The notes beneath the pieces are model-generated. The model was not told the DNA's origin. It searched no databases and saw nothing but the letters and a program-made list of their open reading frames with translations. A DNA stretch of 64,000 nucleotides, from assembly GCA_002050235.1 (NCBI GenBank), contig MWST01000001.1, forward strand, positions 4,243-68,242. The letters are read 5' to 3'. Positions 33,893 to 43,294 of this stretch are shown in pieces. Source of the stretch: Polyangiaceae bacterium UTPRO1. GTDB lineage: Bacteria; Desulfobacterota; Binatia; UTPRO1. Each line of letters starts with the position of its first letter. The stretch's first letter is position 1. The translations under genes were made by a program, and so were the position numbers.

Positions 33893-34741
33893 TCAGGCGG
33901 TATCGTCGCCGTCGCGGACCAGGCCGCGAGTGCGGGGCGGCAGGTCGTGACGGCGGTCGGGATGGTCGCGCTCGCGAAACCGACGCAGGCCTTCCGCGGT
34001 CTCGGGGGTGCGGATCGAACGGTTGAAGCAGGCGGCTTCGACGCGCAAGCCTTCGGCGAGCGGCAGGCCGAAGCCGCGGACGGCGGCTTCCTTGTCGCTG
34101 CGGATGGCAGGCTGCGGCAGGCTGCAGATGGAGTCGGCGAGCTCGAGGGCTCGCTCCAGCGATTTCCCTTTCGGCACGATCTCGTTGACGAGGCCGATGC
34201 GCTCGGCCTCGACGGCGCCGATGACGCGGCCGGTTATGATGAGATCCATGGCCCGCCCCATGCCGACGATGCGCGGGAGGCGCTGGGTGCCGCCGTCGGC
34301 GAGGCCGATGTTCCAGCGCCGGCAGGTGACGCCGAAGGATGCGTGTTCCTCGGCGATGCGGATGTCGGCGAAGCATGCCCACTCGAGACCGCCGGCGTAG
34401 GCGACGCCGTTGATGGCGGCGATGACGGGTTTGTAGATGTCGGTCCAGCGGCTCGGCCCGAGGATGCCGGGACGCTCGCCGCGGTCGTGTGCGGCGATCT
34501 CGCTCGCAGTGCGCGGCACCAGGTCGTCTCCGGCTTTGAGATCGCCGCCGGCGCAGAAGGCTTTGTCGCCGGCGCCGGTGAGAACTGCGACCAGCGCCTC
34601 GTCGTCGTCGCGGAACCAGGTCCAGGCCTGGATCAGTTCGCGGTGCGTGACCGGGCCGATGCAGTTGCGGACCTCGGGACGGTTGAAGCTGATTATGGTG
34701 ACGGGGCCGCGGCGCTCGTAGGTGATCTCGGTGAAGGTCAT
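33893..34741 (-). CDS. Enoyl-CoA hydratase/isomerase (crotonase) family protein
   Basis: 282 aa with classic crotonase motifs (VTIISFNRPEVRN, VLTGAGDKAFCAGGDLK, VIAAINGVAYAGGLEWA). Confidence 0.9.
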   Translation of the reverse strand: MTFTEITYERRGPVTIISFNRPEVRNCIGPVTHRELIQAWTWFRDDDEALVAVLTGAGDKAFCAGGDLKAGDDLVPRTASEIAAHDRGERPGILGPSRWTDIYKPVIAAINGVAYAGGLEWACFADIRIAEEHASFGVTCRRWNIGLADGGTQRLPRIVGMGRAMDLIITGRVIGAVEAERIGLVNEIVPKGKSLERALELADSICSLPQPAIRSDKEAAVRGFGLPLAEGLRVEAACFNRSIRTPETAEGLRRFRERDHPDRRHDLPPRTRGLVRDGDDTA

Positions 34742-34842
34742 GCCCGGCGTCCTAGCAGACCCGGGCTATCGCATGAAGATTTTGGCTGCGCTATGAGGGC
34801 GCGCCGCTCCGGCCGTGTGCGAGCGGGGCGCGAGGACCGCAC

Positions 34843-34867
34843 TATAAATTTGCGAGACGAGGAGGAG
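34843..34867 (+). promoter_or_regulatory. Candidate -10 element (TATAAAT) and strong RBS (GAGGAGGAG) upstream of the VOC gene
   Basis: actATAAATt lies at 34843-34849 in otherwise GC-rich DNA. GAGGAGGAG lies at 34859-34867, 4 nt before the ATG at 34872. I found no convincing -35. Confidence 0.35.
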
Positions 34868-34871
34868 ACCC

Positions 34872-35252
34872 ATGTTCAGTCACGTAATGGTCGGAGCCAA
34901 CGACCTCGAGGCATCGAGGAAGTTCTACGACGCCCTTCTCGGGACGCTCGGCATCGGGCCCGGCGTCACCGACGAGAAAGGACGCATCTTCTACATGTCG
35001 GCGAACGGTGTCCTGGGGATCACGAAGCCGATCGACGGCAAGCCCGCGACGCCCGGCAACGGCAGTACGGTCGGCTTCACCGTCGCCGATCCCGCGACCG
35101 TCGACAAGTGGCATGCGGCCGGGGTCGCCAACGGCGGCACGAGCATCGAAGATCCGCCCGGTGTGCGCGAGAGCGGGATCGGCAAGATGTACCTGGCGTA
35201 TCTGCGTGATCCGTCGGGCAACAAGCTCTGTGCCTTGCATCGCATGGGGTAA
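34872..35252 (+). CDS. VOC-family (glyoxalase/bleomycin-resistance fold) protein
   Basis: 126 aa. MFSHVMVGANDLEASRKFYDALLGTLG...MYLAYLRDPSGNKLCALH is typical of small VOC proteins. Confidence 0.85.
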   Translation: MFSHVMVGANDLEASRKFYDALLGTLGIGPGVTDEKGRIFYMSANGVLGITKPIDGKPATPGNGSTVGFTVADPATVDKWHAAGVANGGTSIEDPPGVRESGIGKMYLAYLRDPSGNKLCALHRMG

Positions 35253-36807
35253 GCGAGCGCTCGCCCTCGCTGCGGCTGCGGCTGTAGCGGGGGCGACCGC
35301 GCTCGCCGACGTGGCCGCGGCTCAGGGCCTCGCCGGCATCTGGGTGCAGCCGGATTTCTCCGCCGCGGCGCTGGCGCGCCAACCGCAGCGGCTGCGGGTA
35401 CTGATCGTGCGCGAGACGCCGTCGGGAATGAGGGCCAAGCTGCTGGTCCCGACGATCAGCGGCGTGCCGCTGGCGGTCGAACCGCGTAGTAGCGGTTGGC
35501 GGCTCGTGATGCGGATGGCGCGCGGCATGGAGACGCAGTTCGATGTCGCGCGCACCGCGGAAGATCGCCTGAGCATCGCGGTGCCCGGAGGTCCGCAGCC
35601 GCCGGCGACGCTGCGGCGGGCGTCCGCCGAGGAGATCGGACTCCTCGAGGCGTCGGCGCCGCAGAAGCTGCCGCTCCCGGCGCTCAAGAAGCTCGCTCCG
35701 AACGGTCTCGCGGCGACGCCGCCCATGGGCTTCAGCACGTGGAACCGGTTCGGACCCGACATCGACGACCGCACCATCCGCGAGATCGCCGATGCGCTGG
35801 TGCGGACGGGACTTCGCGACGCGGGCTACGTGTACGTCAACATCGACGACGGCTGGCAGGGCGAGCGCGGCGCCGACGGCATCCTCCGCCCCAACGGCAA
35901 GTTCCCGGACATGCCGGCGCTCGCCGCCTATCTCCACGAGCGCGGCCTAAAGCTCGGCCTCTACACGTCGCCGGGGGCGAAGAGCTGCGCCGGCTTCGCG
36001 GGGAGCTACGGCCACGAGGCCGCGGATGCGCGCACGTTCGCGGCCTGGGGCGTCGACTACCTGAAATACGACTGGTGCAGCGCCGGCCTCGTCTACGACG
36101 ACGAGGAGATGCCGGCCGTCTACCTCAAGATGGCGGAGGCGATCCGCGCGACGGGACGTCCGATGGTGTTCAGCATCTGCCAGTACGGACGCGCCGACGT
36201 CTGGACCTGGGGCGCCGACGTCGGCGGCAACCTGTGGCGCACGAGCGGCGACATCGCCGATCGCTGGGATGTCATGTCGGCGATCGGCTTCGCGCAGGAC
36301 GAGCTGGCGCCCTTCGCCGGTCCCGGCCGCTGGAACGATCCCGACATGCTGGAGGTGGGAAACGGCCGCATGACGGCCGCCGAGTACCGGGCGCACGTGA
36401 GCCTGTGGGCGATGCTCGCGGCGCCGCTCCTCGCCGGCCACGACGTACGGCACTCGACGCCGGAGACCATAGCGCTGCTCGGCAACCGCGCCGTGATCGC
36501 GATCGATCAGGATCGGCTCGGGCGACAGGGGCGGCGGGTCGAGCGGCGCGGACCGGTCGAGATCTGGACGCGCCGCCTCGCCGACGACCGAACGGCCGTG
36601 GCGCTCTTCAACCGCGGCGACGCGGCGGCGCGGATAGAAGCCCGCCCGGCGACGCTCGGAATCACAGCCCGGGTCGAAGCCGTCGATGTCTGGCAGGAGC
36701 GCCCGCTCGGCGTGATCGAGGCGAGCCTGGCAGCCGACGTCGAGCCGCACGGCGTCGCCCTCTTCGTGCTGACGCCGCTGCCCGGGCGGCCGCAAGCGAC
36801 GCCGTGA
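35230..36807 (+). CDS. Secreted GH27 alpha-galactosidase with ~150-aa N-terminal extension
   Basis: GH27 core: TPPMGFSTWNRFGPDIDD, YVYVNIDDGWQGERG, GLKLGLYTSPGAKSC, GVDYLKYDWC (nucleophile-region motif). Signal-like segment GKRALALAAAAAVAGATALA. The start is inferred as GTG 35230, overlapping the VOC gene end; there is no in-frame ATG nearby. Confidence 0.85.
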   Translation: MPCIAWGKRALALAAAAAVAGATALADVAAAQGLAGIWVQPDFSAAALARQPQRLRVLIVRETPSGMRAKLLVPTISGVPLAVEPRSSGWRLVMRMARGMETQFDVARTAEDRLSIAVPGGPQPPATLRRASAEEIGLLEASAPQKLPLPALKKLAPNGLAATPPMGFSTWNRFGPDIDDRTIREIADALVRTGLRDAGYVYVNIDDGWQGERGADGILRPNGKFPDMPALAAYLHERGLKLGLYTSPGAKSCAGFAGSYGHEAADARTFAAWGVDYLKYDWCSAGLVYDDEEMPAVYLKMAEAIRATGRPMVFSICQYGRADVWTWGADVGGNLWRTSGDIADRWDVMSAIGFAQDELAPFAGPGRWNDPDMLEVGNGRMTAAEYRAHVSLWAMLAAPLLAGHDVRHSTPETIALLGNRAVIAIDQDRLGRQGRRVERRGPVEIWTRRLADDRTAVALFNRGDAAARIEARPATLGITARVEAVDVWQERPLGVIEASLAADVEPHGVALFVLTPLPGRPQATP

Positions 36808-37400
36808 GGCGGCGAATCTCGCTGGCCGCGGCGCTGCTGGTGCTGATCGCCGGGATCGGCCTGTGGCGGCTGTCGCGCTCGCGGGTAGCGGCCCTCCCGG
36901 CGAGCGGGCGCACGTCGCCGGCCGCGAGAGCGGCCCCAGGGACGGCTCCGCCGGCAGCGCTCCCCGCGGCCATCCCCACGCCGCAGCCGGCCACGACCGC
37001 GCTGCCGTCGGCGCCGCCGCCGTCCACGGCTGACAGGGTGCGGCGGGAGGACGCCGACCGGCTGCTCGCCGAGGGCAAGGTCCTGGAGGCGGTAGAGGCA
37101 TACCGCGAGGTGGTCGCGCTCGAGCCGACCGCGAAGAACCACGGCGACCTCGGGAGCCTTCTCTATCGCCTGACCGCGTTCGACGAGGCCGCCGTCCACC
37201 TGCGGGCGGCTGCCGAGCTCGACCCCGGGAATGCCGACCGTTGGATCGCGCTCGCCAACGTCTACTATCGCAAGGTGAACCCCGGCGAGGCGTGGAAAGC
37301 CGAGAAGCGGGCGCGCGCCGCGGAGCCCGGACTCGAGCTCGGACGCGACGCGGAGGGGATGCGGGTGCGCAAGGGCGAGGCGGCGGCGCGCCGGCCATAG
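36804..37400 (+). CDS. Membrane-anchored TPR-repeat protein
   Basis: The GTG at 36804 overlaps the GH27 stop (GTGA). N-terminal helix ISLAAALLVLIAGIGLW, then an Ala/Pro-rich spacer and TPR-like helices (LLAEGKVLEAVEAYREVVALEP, WIALANVYYRKVNPGEAWKAEKRA). Confidence 0.65.
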   Translation: MRRRISLAAALLVLIAGIGLWRLSRSRVAALPASGRTSPAARAAPGTAPPAALPAAIPTPQPATTALPSAPPPSTADRVRREDADRLLAEGKVLEAVEAYREVVALEPTAKNHGDLGSLLYRLTAFDEAAVHLRAAAELDPGNADRWIALANVYYRKVNPGEAWKAEKRARAAEPGLELGRDAEGMRVRKGEAAARRP

Positions 37401-37416
37401 CGTCTGCCGATTCCCG

Positions 37417-37447
37417 GCGGCGGCGGGGAGCGTCGCCGCCGCTGTTT
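37417..37447 (+). terminator. Candidate intrinsic terminator after the TPR gene
   Basis: A 9-bp all-GC stem (GCGGCGGCG at 37417-37425 pairs with CGCCGCCGC at 37434-37442) with an 8-nt loop, followed by tgTTT. The T-tract is short. Confidence 0.45.
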
Positions 37448-37550
37448 CCGACGACAGTGGCCGAGAATATCGTTGACCTCTTCGTTTCGCGCGTGTTAGC
37501 CGCCGGAGAGCGGCGCGGATCGCGCCCCTCTTTCCGCCCAGGAGGATACG

Positions 37551-39029
37551 GTGAAAGCTTCGATACGACTCCAGACGCTCGCGGCCACGCTCGCCCTCGG
37601 AATGCTGCCGGCGCCGGCGCGCGCATTCCCCGATTGCCCGGCCGACCACGTGGCCGATGGCTATACCTGTACGGAGCAGACGGGCGCCGGGAAGACCGGC
37701 GGTTTTTTCCGGGTGACTTTCCCGTCGAATTGGGACGGTGACCTCGTGATCATCAATCACGGATTCGATCTCAACGACCTCCACACCCGGCCGCACGAGA
37801 CCTGCAGCCACTACGCCGGCATGACCTGCGAGCAGGATTCGGACTGCGGGCCGGGACACTTCTGCAACGAGATCTCCTACCTCGGACTCGACGAGGTGCT
37901 CCTGCCGATGGGCAAGGCGGTCGCCGCGGGCACCTATACCGACAGCGGCTGGGCCACGTTCCACTCCGCGAAGGATCTGAAGGACATCATCAAATACGTG
38001 AAGAAGAGCTCCGGCTTCGGCGCCGGGCTGAAGCGCGTCATCGTCACCGGATTCTCGGGCGGCGGCGCCGTCACCGCCGACGCGACGCTGAAGCTCAAGA
38101 TCGACGGTGCCGTCCCGCTCTGTGCCGCGGCGGCCGGCGGTCTGGTGACGTGGGACGTCGCCCACGAGGTGCGGCTCGTCTACGACTATCTCTGCAACGA
38201 CGTACCCGGGGCCAAGTTCATCTATCCCTCCGACCAGGGTCAGCCGAACGGTCCCAACGCCAGCAACGACGCGATCGGGGTGGCGATGAAGGTCGATGCG
38301 TGCTTCGGCGTCCTCGGGCTCGTACCCGGCGATGGCCATCAGGCCGAGCGCTTCGCCGAGTTCCTCGCACTCACGCGATTCACGGGCGATGCGGGCCACG
38401 GCGGGAGCGGCGTCAACGTCGCGAGTGCGATCGGCTTTCCGGTGCTCGGCATGGGCGACTTCGTGTGGGACCCGAAGCGCCTCAAGGGCAAGCGCATCGG
38501 CCTCAACGATACGCTCGACTACTTGTCCCTCGGCAACGATCCGATGCTCGCCGCGGACTACGATGCCAACGTCGAGCGTCTGACGGCGGGGAAAGGGCGC
38601 AAGCAGCTCCGCAAGGTCTTCTCGCCGGACTTCGAGAAGGGCTTCGGCAAGAAGGTGGCGTACCCGATCCTGTCGATGGCGGGCGCCAATGACTGGCTCG
38701 TGATCCCGGAGTTCAACCGCGTCTACGACGACGCGCTCACGGCCGGCGGCAAGCCGCACACGCAAACCTGGATCGAGACCTACGGGCACTGCGTCTTCAG
38801 CGAACAGGAAGTGACGGCGCTCTTCACGAAGTACTTCGAGTGGCTCGGTCCCGCGGGCGGTCCGTACGGGGCACAACCGACGGCTGCCGACATCGCCGAC
38901 GCGTGCCTGGCTCTGCCGGGCGGCATCGCGGGCGACACCTGCAACTTCGATCTCGGCTTCACGCCGGGCGCGATCTTCGACCGCATTCCCCAGCGTCCCG
39001 ACTGGCCGGCGGCGGCCAAGGGCTCATAG
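37551..39029 (+). CDS. Secreted alpha/beta-hydrolase-like protein with Cys-rich insert
   Basis: GTG start follows AGGAGG. Signal peptide MKASIRLQTLAATLALGMLPAPARA. Nucleophile-elbow-like VIVTGFSGGGAV (GxSxG). The insert TCSHYAGMTCEQDSDCGPGHFCNE resembles the C..D..C.G..C mini-motif of the 1796-aa protein. No precise family recognised. Confidence 0.55.
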   Translation: MKASIRLQTLAATLALGMLPAPARAFPDCPADHVADGYTCTEQTGAGKTGGFFRVTFPSNWDGDLVIINHGFDLNDLHTRPHETCSHYAGMTCEQDSDCGPGHFCNEISYLGLDEVLLPMGKAVAAGTYTDSGWATFHSAKDLKDIIKYVKKSSGFGAGLKRVIVTGFSGGGAVTADATLKLKIDGAVPLCAAAAGGLVTWDVAHEVRLVYDYLCNDVPGAKFIYPSDQGQPNGPNASNDAIGVAMKVDACFGVLGLVPGDGHQAERFAEFLALTRFTGDAGHGGSGVNVASAIGFPVLGMGDFVWDPKRLKGKRIGLNDTLDYLSLGNDPMLAADYDANVERLTAGKGRKQLRKVFSPDFEKGFGKKVAYPILSMAGANDWLVIPEFNRVYDDALTAGGKPHTQTWIETYGHCVFSEQEVTALFTKYFEWLGPAGGPYGAQPTAADIADACLALPGGIAGDTCNFDLGFTPGAIFDRIPQRPDWPAAAKGS

Positions 39030-39083
39030 ACGGCGGCGAACCTCCGGACCGGAAGGGGGCATCCGACCCGCATCAGCGCCGGG

Positions 39084-39542
39084 GTGGTGCTCTACCGCCG
39101 CACGCGGCACGGCCTCGAGGTGTTGCTGGTGCATCCTGGCGGACCCTTCTGGGCGCGCAGGGACTTCGGCGCCTGGTCGATTCCAAAAGGCGAGCCGCGT
39201 GCCGGCGAGGACCTGCTCGCGGCTGCCGTGCGCGAGCTCGGCGAAGAGACGGGCTTCCCGATCGCCGGGCCGCTGCGGTCCCTCGGGAGCATTCGCCAGC
39301 GCGGCGGCAAGCAGGTGCACGCCTGGGCAGCAGAGAGCGACGTCGACCCGGCGGCGCTTTGCAGCAACACTTTCACGATGGAGTGGCCGCCGCGTTCGGG
39401 CCGCCGGCGGGCGTTCCCCGAGGCGGATCGTGCCGCCTGGTTCGAGCTCGACGAAGCCCGGCGGCGGATCAACCCGGGTCAGGCACCGCTCCTCGATGTG
39501 CTCGCCGCCGCCGTCGGAACGCAGCCGGCTGCAAGCAGTTGA
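39084..39542 (+). CDS. NUDIX hydrolase
   Basis: Nudix box GEPRAGEDLLAAAVRELGEETGF (GX5EX7REUXEEXGU). 152 aa, GTG start. Confidence 0.85.
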   Translation: MVLYRRTRHGLEVLLVHPGGPFWARRDFGAWSIPKGEPRAGEDLLAAAVRELGEETGFPIAGPLRSLGSIRQRGGKQVHAWAAESDVDPAALCSNTFTMEWPPRSGRRRAFPEADRAAWFELDEARRRINPGQAPLLDVLAAAVGTQPAASS

Positions 39543-39628
39543 TGCCGGGAGAGGGCGGAGCATCCCGATGCCGGCGGGTCGCACAACCGGCATTGTCGCC
39601 GGGCGTCTACGGGAGTAACCAGGAGCCC

Positions 39629-40474
39629 ATGACGCGCGTTCTCACGACGATGGTCTTCGTGCTCGGCCTCTGGACCGGTGCTGCGGCGCCGGTTGCGGCG
39701 GCGATCTGCGGCGATGCTGACGGCAACGGGACGGTGAGCGTCTCGGATGGCGTGCAGACGCTCCGGGCCGCGGCCGGTCTCCAGAGCACCTGTACTCCGG
39801 CGGTCTGCGACGTCGACGGCAGCGGCGCCATCACCGTGAGCGATGGGGTGAGCGTGCTCCGCAAGGCCGCGGGGCTCGCCGTCATCGAGAATTGCGGCGG
39901 CGCGGCGGCGCAGCCGGCGACGGTGCTGCGCGAGCTCCAACCGCTCTTCAAGTACGGCTTGGCGTTCGCGACCGGAGCGCCGGTTCACTCGTGCGCAAAC
40001 GCCCCCGACGGCGAGATCGACGTCGAGACCGACGAGGACGGGACGACGACGAGCTTCTACGGGTGCCGGGTGGACGACGTGTCGCTCTTCGGCGACGTCA
40101 CCGTCGGCGGCGGCACCCTCACGTTCTATCTGCTCGAAGCCGACACCGCGGACGAGGAGGACTTCATCGCCGACTACGACGGCGTGCTGACGCTCGGCGG
40201 CAGCGGCGGCGCCCGCAGGCTCGACGGCACCGTCGACGTGACCACGGACTCGGCGGACGACCTGACGGTGACGCTCGCGAACGTGATCGTGACGGGCGGC
40301 GTCCTCATGGGCGGCACCGCCAGGGTCGACCTCGGCGACAGCGGCATCGCCGATTCGTACACCCGTCTCGACCTCGTCTTCGACGGCTCGGGCGTCGCCG
40401 GCGTCGTCGCGACGCAAGCCGACAGCACTACCCGGAGCCTGCGCTTCGACATCGCCACCGGCGACGTATCGTAG
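39629..40474 (+). CDS. Secreted protein with tandem dockerin-type (EF-hand-like) calcium-binding repeats
   Basis: ATG at 39629 follows AGGAG. Signal peptide MTRVLTTMVFVLGLWTGAAAPVAAA. Two repeats: DADGNGTVSVSDGVQTLRAAAGL and DVDGSGAITVSDGVSVLRKAAGL (DxDxNGxxxxxD + helix). The remaining ~200 aa are unassigned. The track ORF start 38840 is rejected. Confidence 0.6.
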   Translation: MTRVLTTMVFVLGLWTGAAAPVAAAICGDADGNGTVSVSDGVQTLRAAAGLQSTCTPAVCDVDGSGAITVSDGVSVLRKAAGLAVIENCGGAAAQPATVLRELQPLFKYGLAFATGAPVHSCANAPDGEIDVETDEDGTTTSFYGCRVDDVSLFGDVTVGGGTLTFYLLEADTADEEDFIADYDGVLTLGGSGGARRLDGTVDVTTDSADDLTVTLANVIVTGGVLMGGTARVDLGDSGIADSYTRLDLVFDGSGVAGVVATQADSTTRSLRFDIATGDVS

Positions 40475-40596
40475 GGCGGGCAGGGCGGCGCCGGCCCTGA
40501 CGGCAAGCGGCCCGGCGGTGAAAAGAGCCTGACAAGCGGCTCGCGCTCGTGGTAAGCGAGCGGCATCCATCTCGCGCCGCCCAGGAGGCCTTCCTC

Positions 40597-43257
40597 GTGC
40601 GACCCCTTCGCCGCTCGACCCTGCCGCTCTCGTCGCTCGTCGTACTGACCGTGCTCACCGGCACTTCGTGGGCGGCGCCGTCGCCGTCGCTCGACGACTA
40701 TGTCCTCTTCGCTCTCGACCGGATGCAGGTCCGGAACCTGCGCGGGGGAGAGGGCGATCTCGGCGTCAACGCGGGCAGCTTCGTGGCGCGGGGAACCTTG
40801 GCGGCGCCGGCGGCGCAGGTCGTGGCCGGATCCGCCGACGTCGCCGCCGCCAGCACCTGTAGCGGCATCTACGCGACGTCGGTGGGCGCCAGCGGACCGA
40901 CGTGCCAGGCGGCGGGGGCGGCGCCGCAGCCGATCGTAGCCGACGTGCCGGCGGCGTGCGGCTACCCGGTGGCTTTCCCGGCCTGCAACGGCGCGGCGCG
41001 AATGACCGTGCGCGCCGGCAGGACGGTCCTGCCGCCCGGCGTCTACGGCGACGTGGTCGTGAAGAGCTCCGGCGCGCCCGCGACGCTCGAGCTCGCGGGC
41101 GGGAGCTACGTGTTCTGCAGTCTGCGCGTCGGGCGCCACGGCGAGGTCCGCTTTCGCGCCGCATCCCAGGTGCACATCGCCGACGCGCTGAAGCTCGGCG
41201 TCGGTGCGGTGCTCGTTCCCGCCGACGGTATGGCGGCGGCGCGCGCCGGCCGCGTCTATGTCCGGGGGAAGAGCGTCACCATCGACCGTCAAGCTCGCCT
41301 CGCCGCGGTACTCTGCGCACCGACGGCAAGGCTCAAGGTCAATCAGAGCCGGATCGAAGGCGCCGCCGTGGCGAAGGAGATCAGAGCCACGGGTGCGAGC
41401 GTGCTGCGGCCCTACGAGGAGCCGCGGGCGGCGTGCGCCGCCCGCAATCCGCTGCGCAACCTCTATTTCGGGGATCTCCACGTGCACACGGCGCTCTCCT
41501 TCGATGCCCAGGCCTTCGACGTGCGGACGACGCCGGCCGAGGCCTACGGCTTCGCCCGGGGAGCTCCGGTGGCGTTGCCGCCGCTCGACGTGAACGGCGT
41601 CGGGACGCGTACGGTGCAGCTCGAGCGGCCGCTCGACTTTGCGGCGGTCACCGACCATTCGGAGTTCCTCGGCGAGGTCGAGGAATGTACGACCCCCGGA
41701 TCCCCGAACTACGACGCGCCGACCTGCCAGCTCTATCGCGGCGAGACCTACAGCGCCGTCCGCTTCTTCGGGCTGGCGCTCACCGCGCAGCAGCCGAAGC
41801 GGTACGCGGACGTCTGCGCGCCCAACGGCCAGGAGTGCGCCGTCCGCGGCGCCCAGGTGTGGCAGAGCGTGCAGCAAGCGGCCGAGCAAGCCTACGATCG
41901 CAGCTCCGCCTGCAGCTTCACGACCTTCGTCGGCTACGAGTACACGAGCGCGCGGGCGACGAGCACGATGCACCGCAACGTCATCTTCCGCAACGACCGG
42001 GTGCCGTATCCGACTACGTACTTCGAGGAGGAGAGCCCCCGAGGCCTCTGGAGCCAGCTCGAAGCCGGATGCCGCGACGCGACCAGCGGCTGCGACGTGC
42101 TCGCCATCCCCCACAATCCGAACGAGAGTAACGGCCACATGTTCGCGATCGAATATCCGGGAGCGCGATCGGTGGCCGCCGAGCGCGGACAGGCGGCAGC
42201 GCGCGTGGCGATGGAGCCGCTGGTCGAAATCTATCAGCACAAGGGCGACTCGGAGTGCATGAACGGGCTCTCGGGCGTGATCGGCGCCTCCGACGAGCAG
42301 TGCGACTTCGAGAAGGATCCCCGACCGTTCCGGGACTGCGGCGACGGTACCGGCGGCGGCGGCGTGACCCGCGGCGGTTGCTTCTCGCGCCTCGACTTCG
42401 TGCGCAACGTCCTGCTCGCCGGCCTCGCCGAGGAGCAGCGGCTCGGGGTGAATCCGTACCGGCTCGGCATCATCGCGGGCACCGACACGCACAACGGCAC
42501 TACGGGCGCCGTCGACGAGACGACGTTTCAGGGGCACCGCGGCACCGACGACGATACGCCGGCGAGCCAGCTCGGCAACGGCGTGCTCACCGGAGGCGGC
42601 ATCCAGTTCAGTCCGGGCGGCATCGTCGGCGTCTGGGCCGAGGAGAACTCGCGTCCGAGCATCTTCGACGCGCTCCGCCGCCGCGAGGTGTTCGGTACGA
42701 GCGGCCCGCGCATGGCAGTGCGCTTCTTCGGCGGCTGGGATCTCCCCGCCGGCCTCTGTACCGCGCCCGAGATGATCGCCGACGCCTACGCCGCCGGAGT
42801 GCCGATGGGGAGCCTCCTCGATCCGCCTACTGCCGCAGCGCCGTCGTTCCTGATCGCGGCGACGCGCGACCCGGGCACGCAGGCGCGCCCCGGCACGCCC
42901 CTCCAGCGCCTGCAGGTCGTCAAGGGTTGGATCGATGACGCCGGATGGCACCAGGAGGTCTTCGACGTGGCCGGCGACGGCGACAACGGCGCGACCGTCG
43001 ATACCGACACCTGCGTCGCCAGCGGTCCCGGTGACGACGATCTCTGCACGGTATGGACGGACCCGACCTTCGATGCGAGCCGCCGCGCCTTCTACTACGT
43101 GCGCGTGCTCGAGAATCCTACCTGCCGCTGGAGCACGGTCACGTGCAACGCTTTGCCGCCGGATGACCGCCCGCCCTCGTGCACCGACCCTACCGTCCCC
43201 AAGACCGTGCAGGAGCGGGCCTGGAGCTCCCCGATCTGGTACCGCCCGAGCGCGTGA
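40597..43257 (+). CDS. DUF3604-domain protein with ~290-aa N-terminal extension
   Basis: GTG at 40597 lies 9 nt after AGGAGG. Signal peptide LPLSSLVVLTVLTGTSWA. DUF3604 signature NLYFGDLHVHTALSFDAQAF and a conserved C-terminal end (FYYVRVLENPTCRWS...ERAWSSPIWY). Confidence 0.8.
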   Translation: MRPLRRSTLPLSSLVVLTVLTGTSWAAPSPSLDDYVLFALDRMQVRNLRGGEGDLGVNAGSFVARGTLAAPAAQVVAGSADVAAASTCSGIYATSVGASGPTCQAAGAAPQPIVADVPAACGYPVAFPACNGAARMTVRAGRTVLPPGVYGDVVVKSSGAPATLELAGGSYVFCSLRVGRHGEVRFRAASQVHIADALKLGVGAVLVPADGMAAARAGRVYVRGKSVTIDRQARLAAVLCAPTARLKVNQSRIEGAAVAKEIRATGASVLRPYEEPRAACAARNPLRNLYFGDLHVHTALSFDAQAFDVRTTPAEAYGFARGAPVALPPLDVNGVGTRTVQLERPLDFAAVTDHSEFLGEVEECTTPGSPNYDAPTCQLYRGETYSAVRFFGLALTAQQPKRYADVCAPNGQECAVRGAQVWQSVQQAAEQAYDRSSACSFTTFVGYEYTSARATSTMHRNVIFRNDRVPYPTTYFEEESPRGLWSQLEAGCRDATSGCDVLAIPHNPNESNGHMFAIEYPGARSVAAERGQAAARVAMEPLVEIYQHKGDSECMNGLSGVIGASDEQCDFEKDPRPFRDCGDGTGGGGVTRGGCFSRLDFVRNVLLAGLAEEQRLGVNPYRLGIIAGTDTHNGTTGAVDETTFQGHRGTDDDTPASQLGNGVLTGGGIQFSPGGIVGVWAEENSRPSIFDALRRREVFGTSGPRMAVRFFGGWDLPAGLCTAPEMIADAYAAGVPMGSLLDPPTAAAPSFLIAATRDPGTQARPGTPLQRLQVVKGWIDDAGWHQEVFDVAGDGDNGATVDTDTCVASGPGDDDLCTVWTDPTFDASRRAFYYVRVLENPTCRWSTVTCNALPPDDRPPSCTDPTVPKTVQERAWSSPIWYRPSA

Positions 43258-43294
43258 TCCGAGCGCATCACCGGCAGGCCAGGAGCGGTAGGGC

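Noticed and set aside
36507-38876. 789-aa minus-strand ORF and 35947..37626 (559 aa)
   Set aside because: Arg/Gly/Glu-rich shadows opposite the GH27, TPR and alpha/beta-hydrolase genes.
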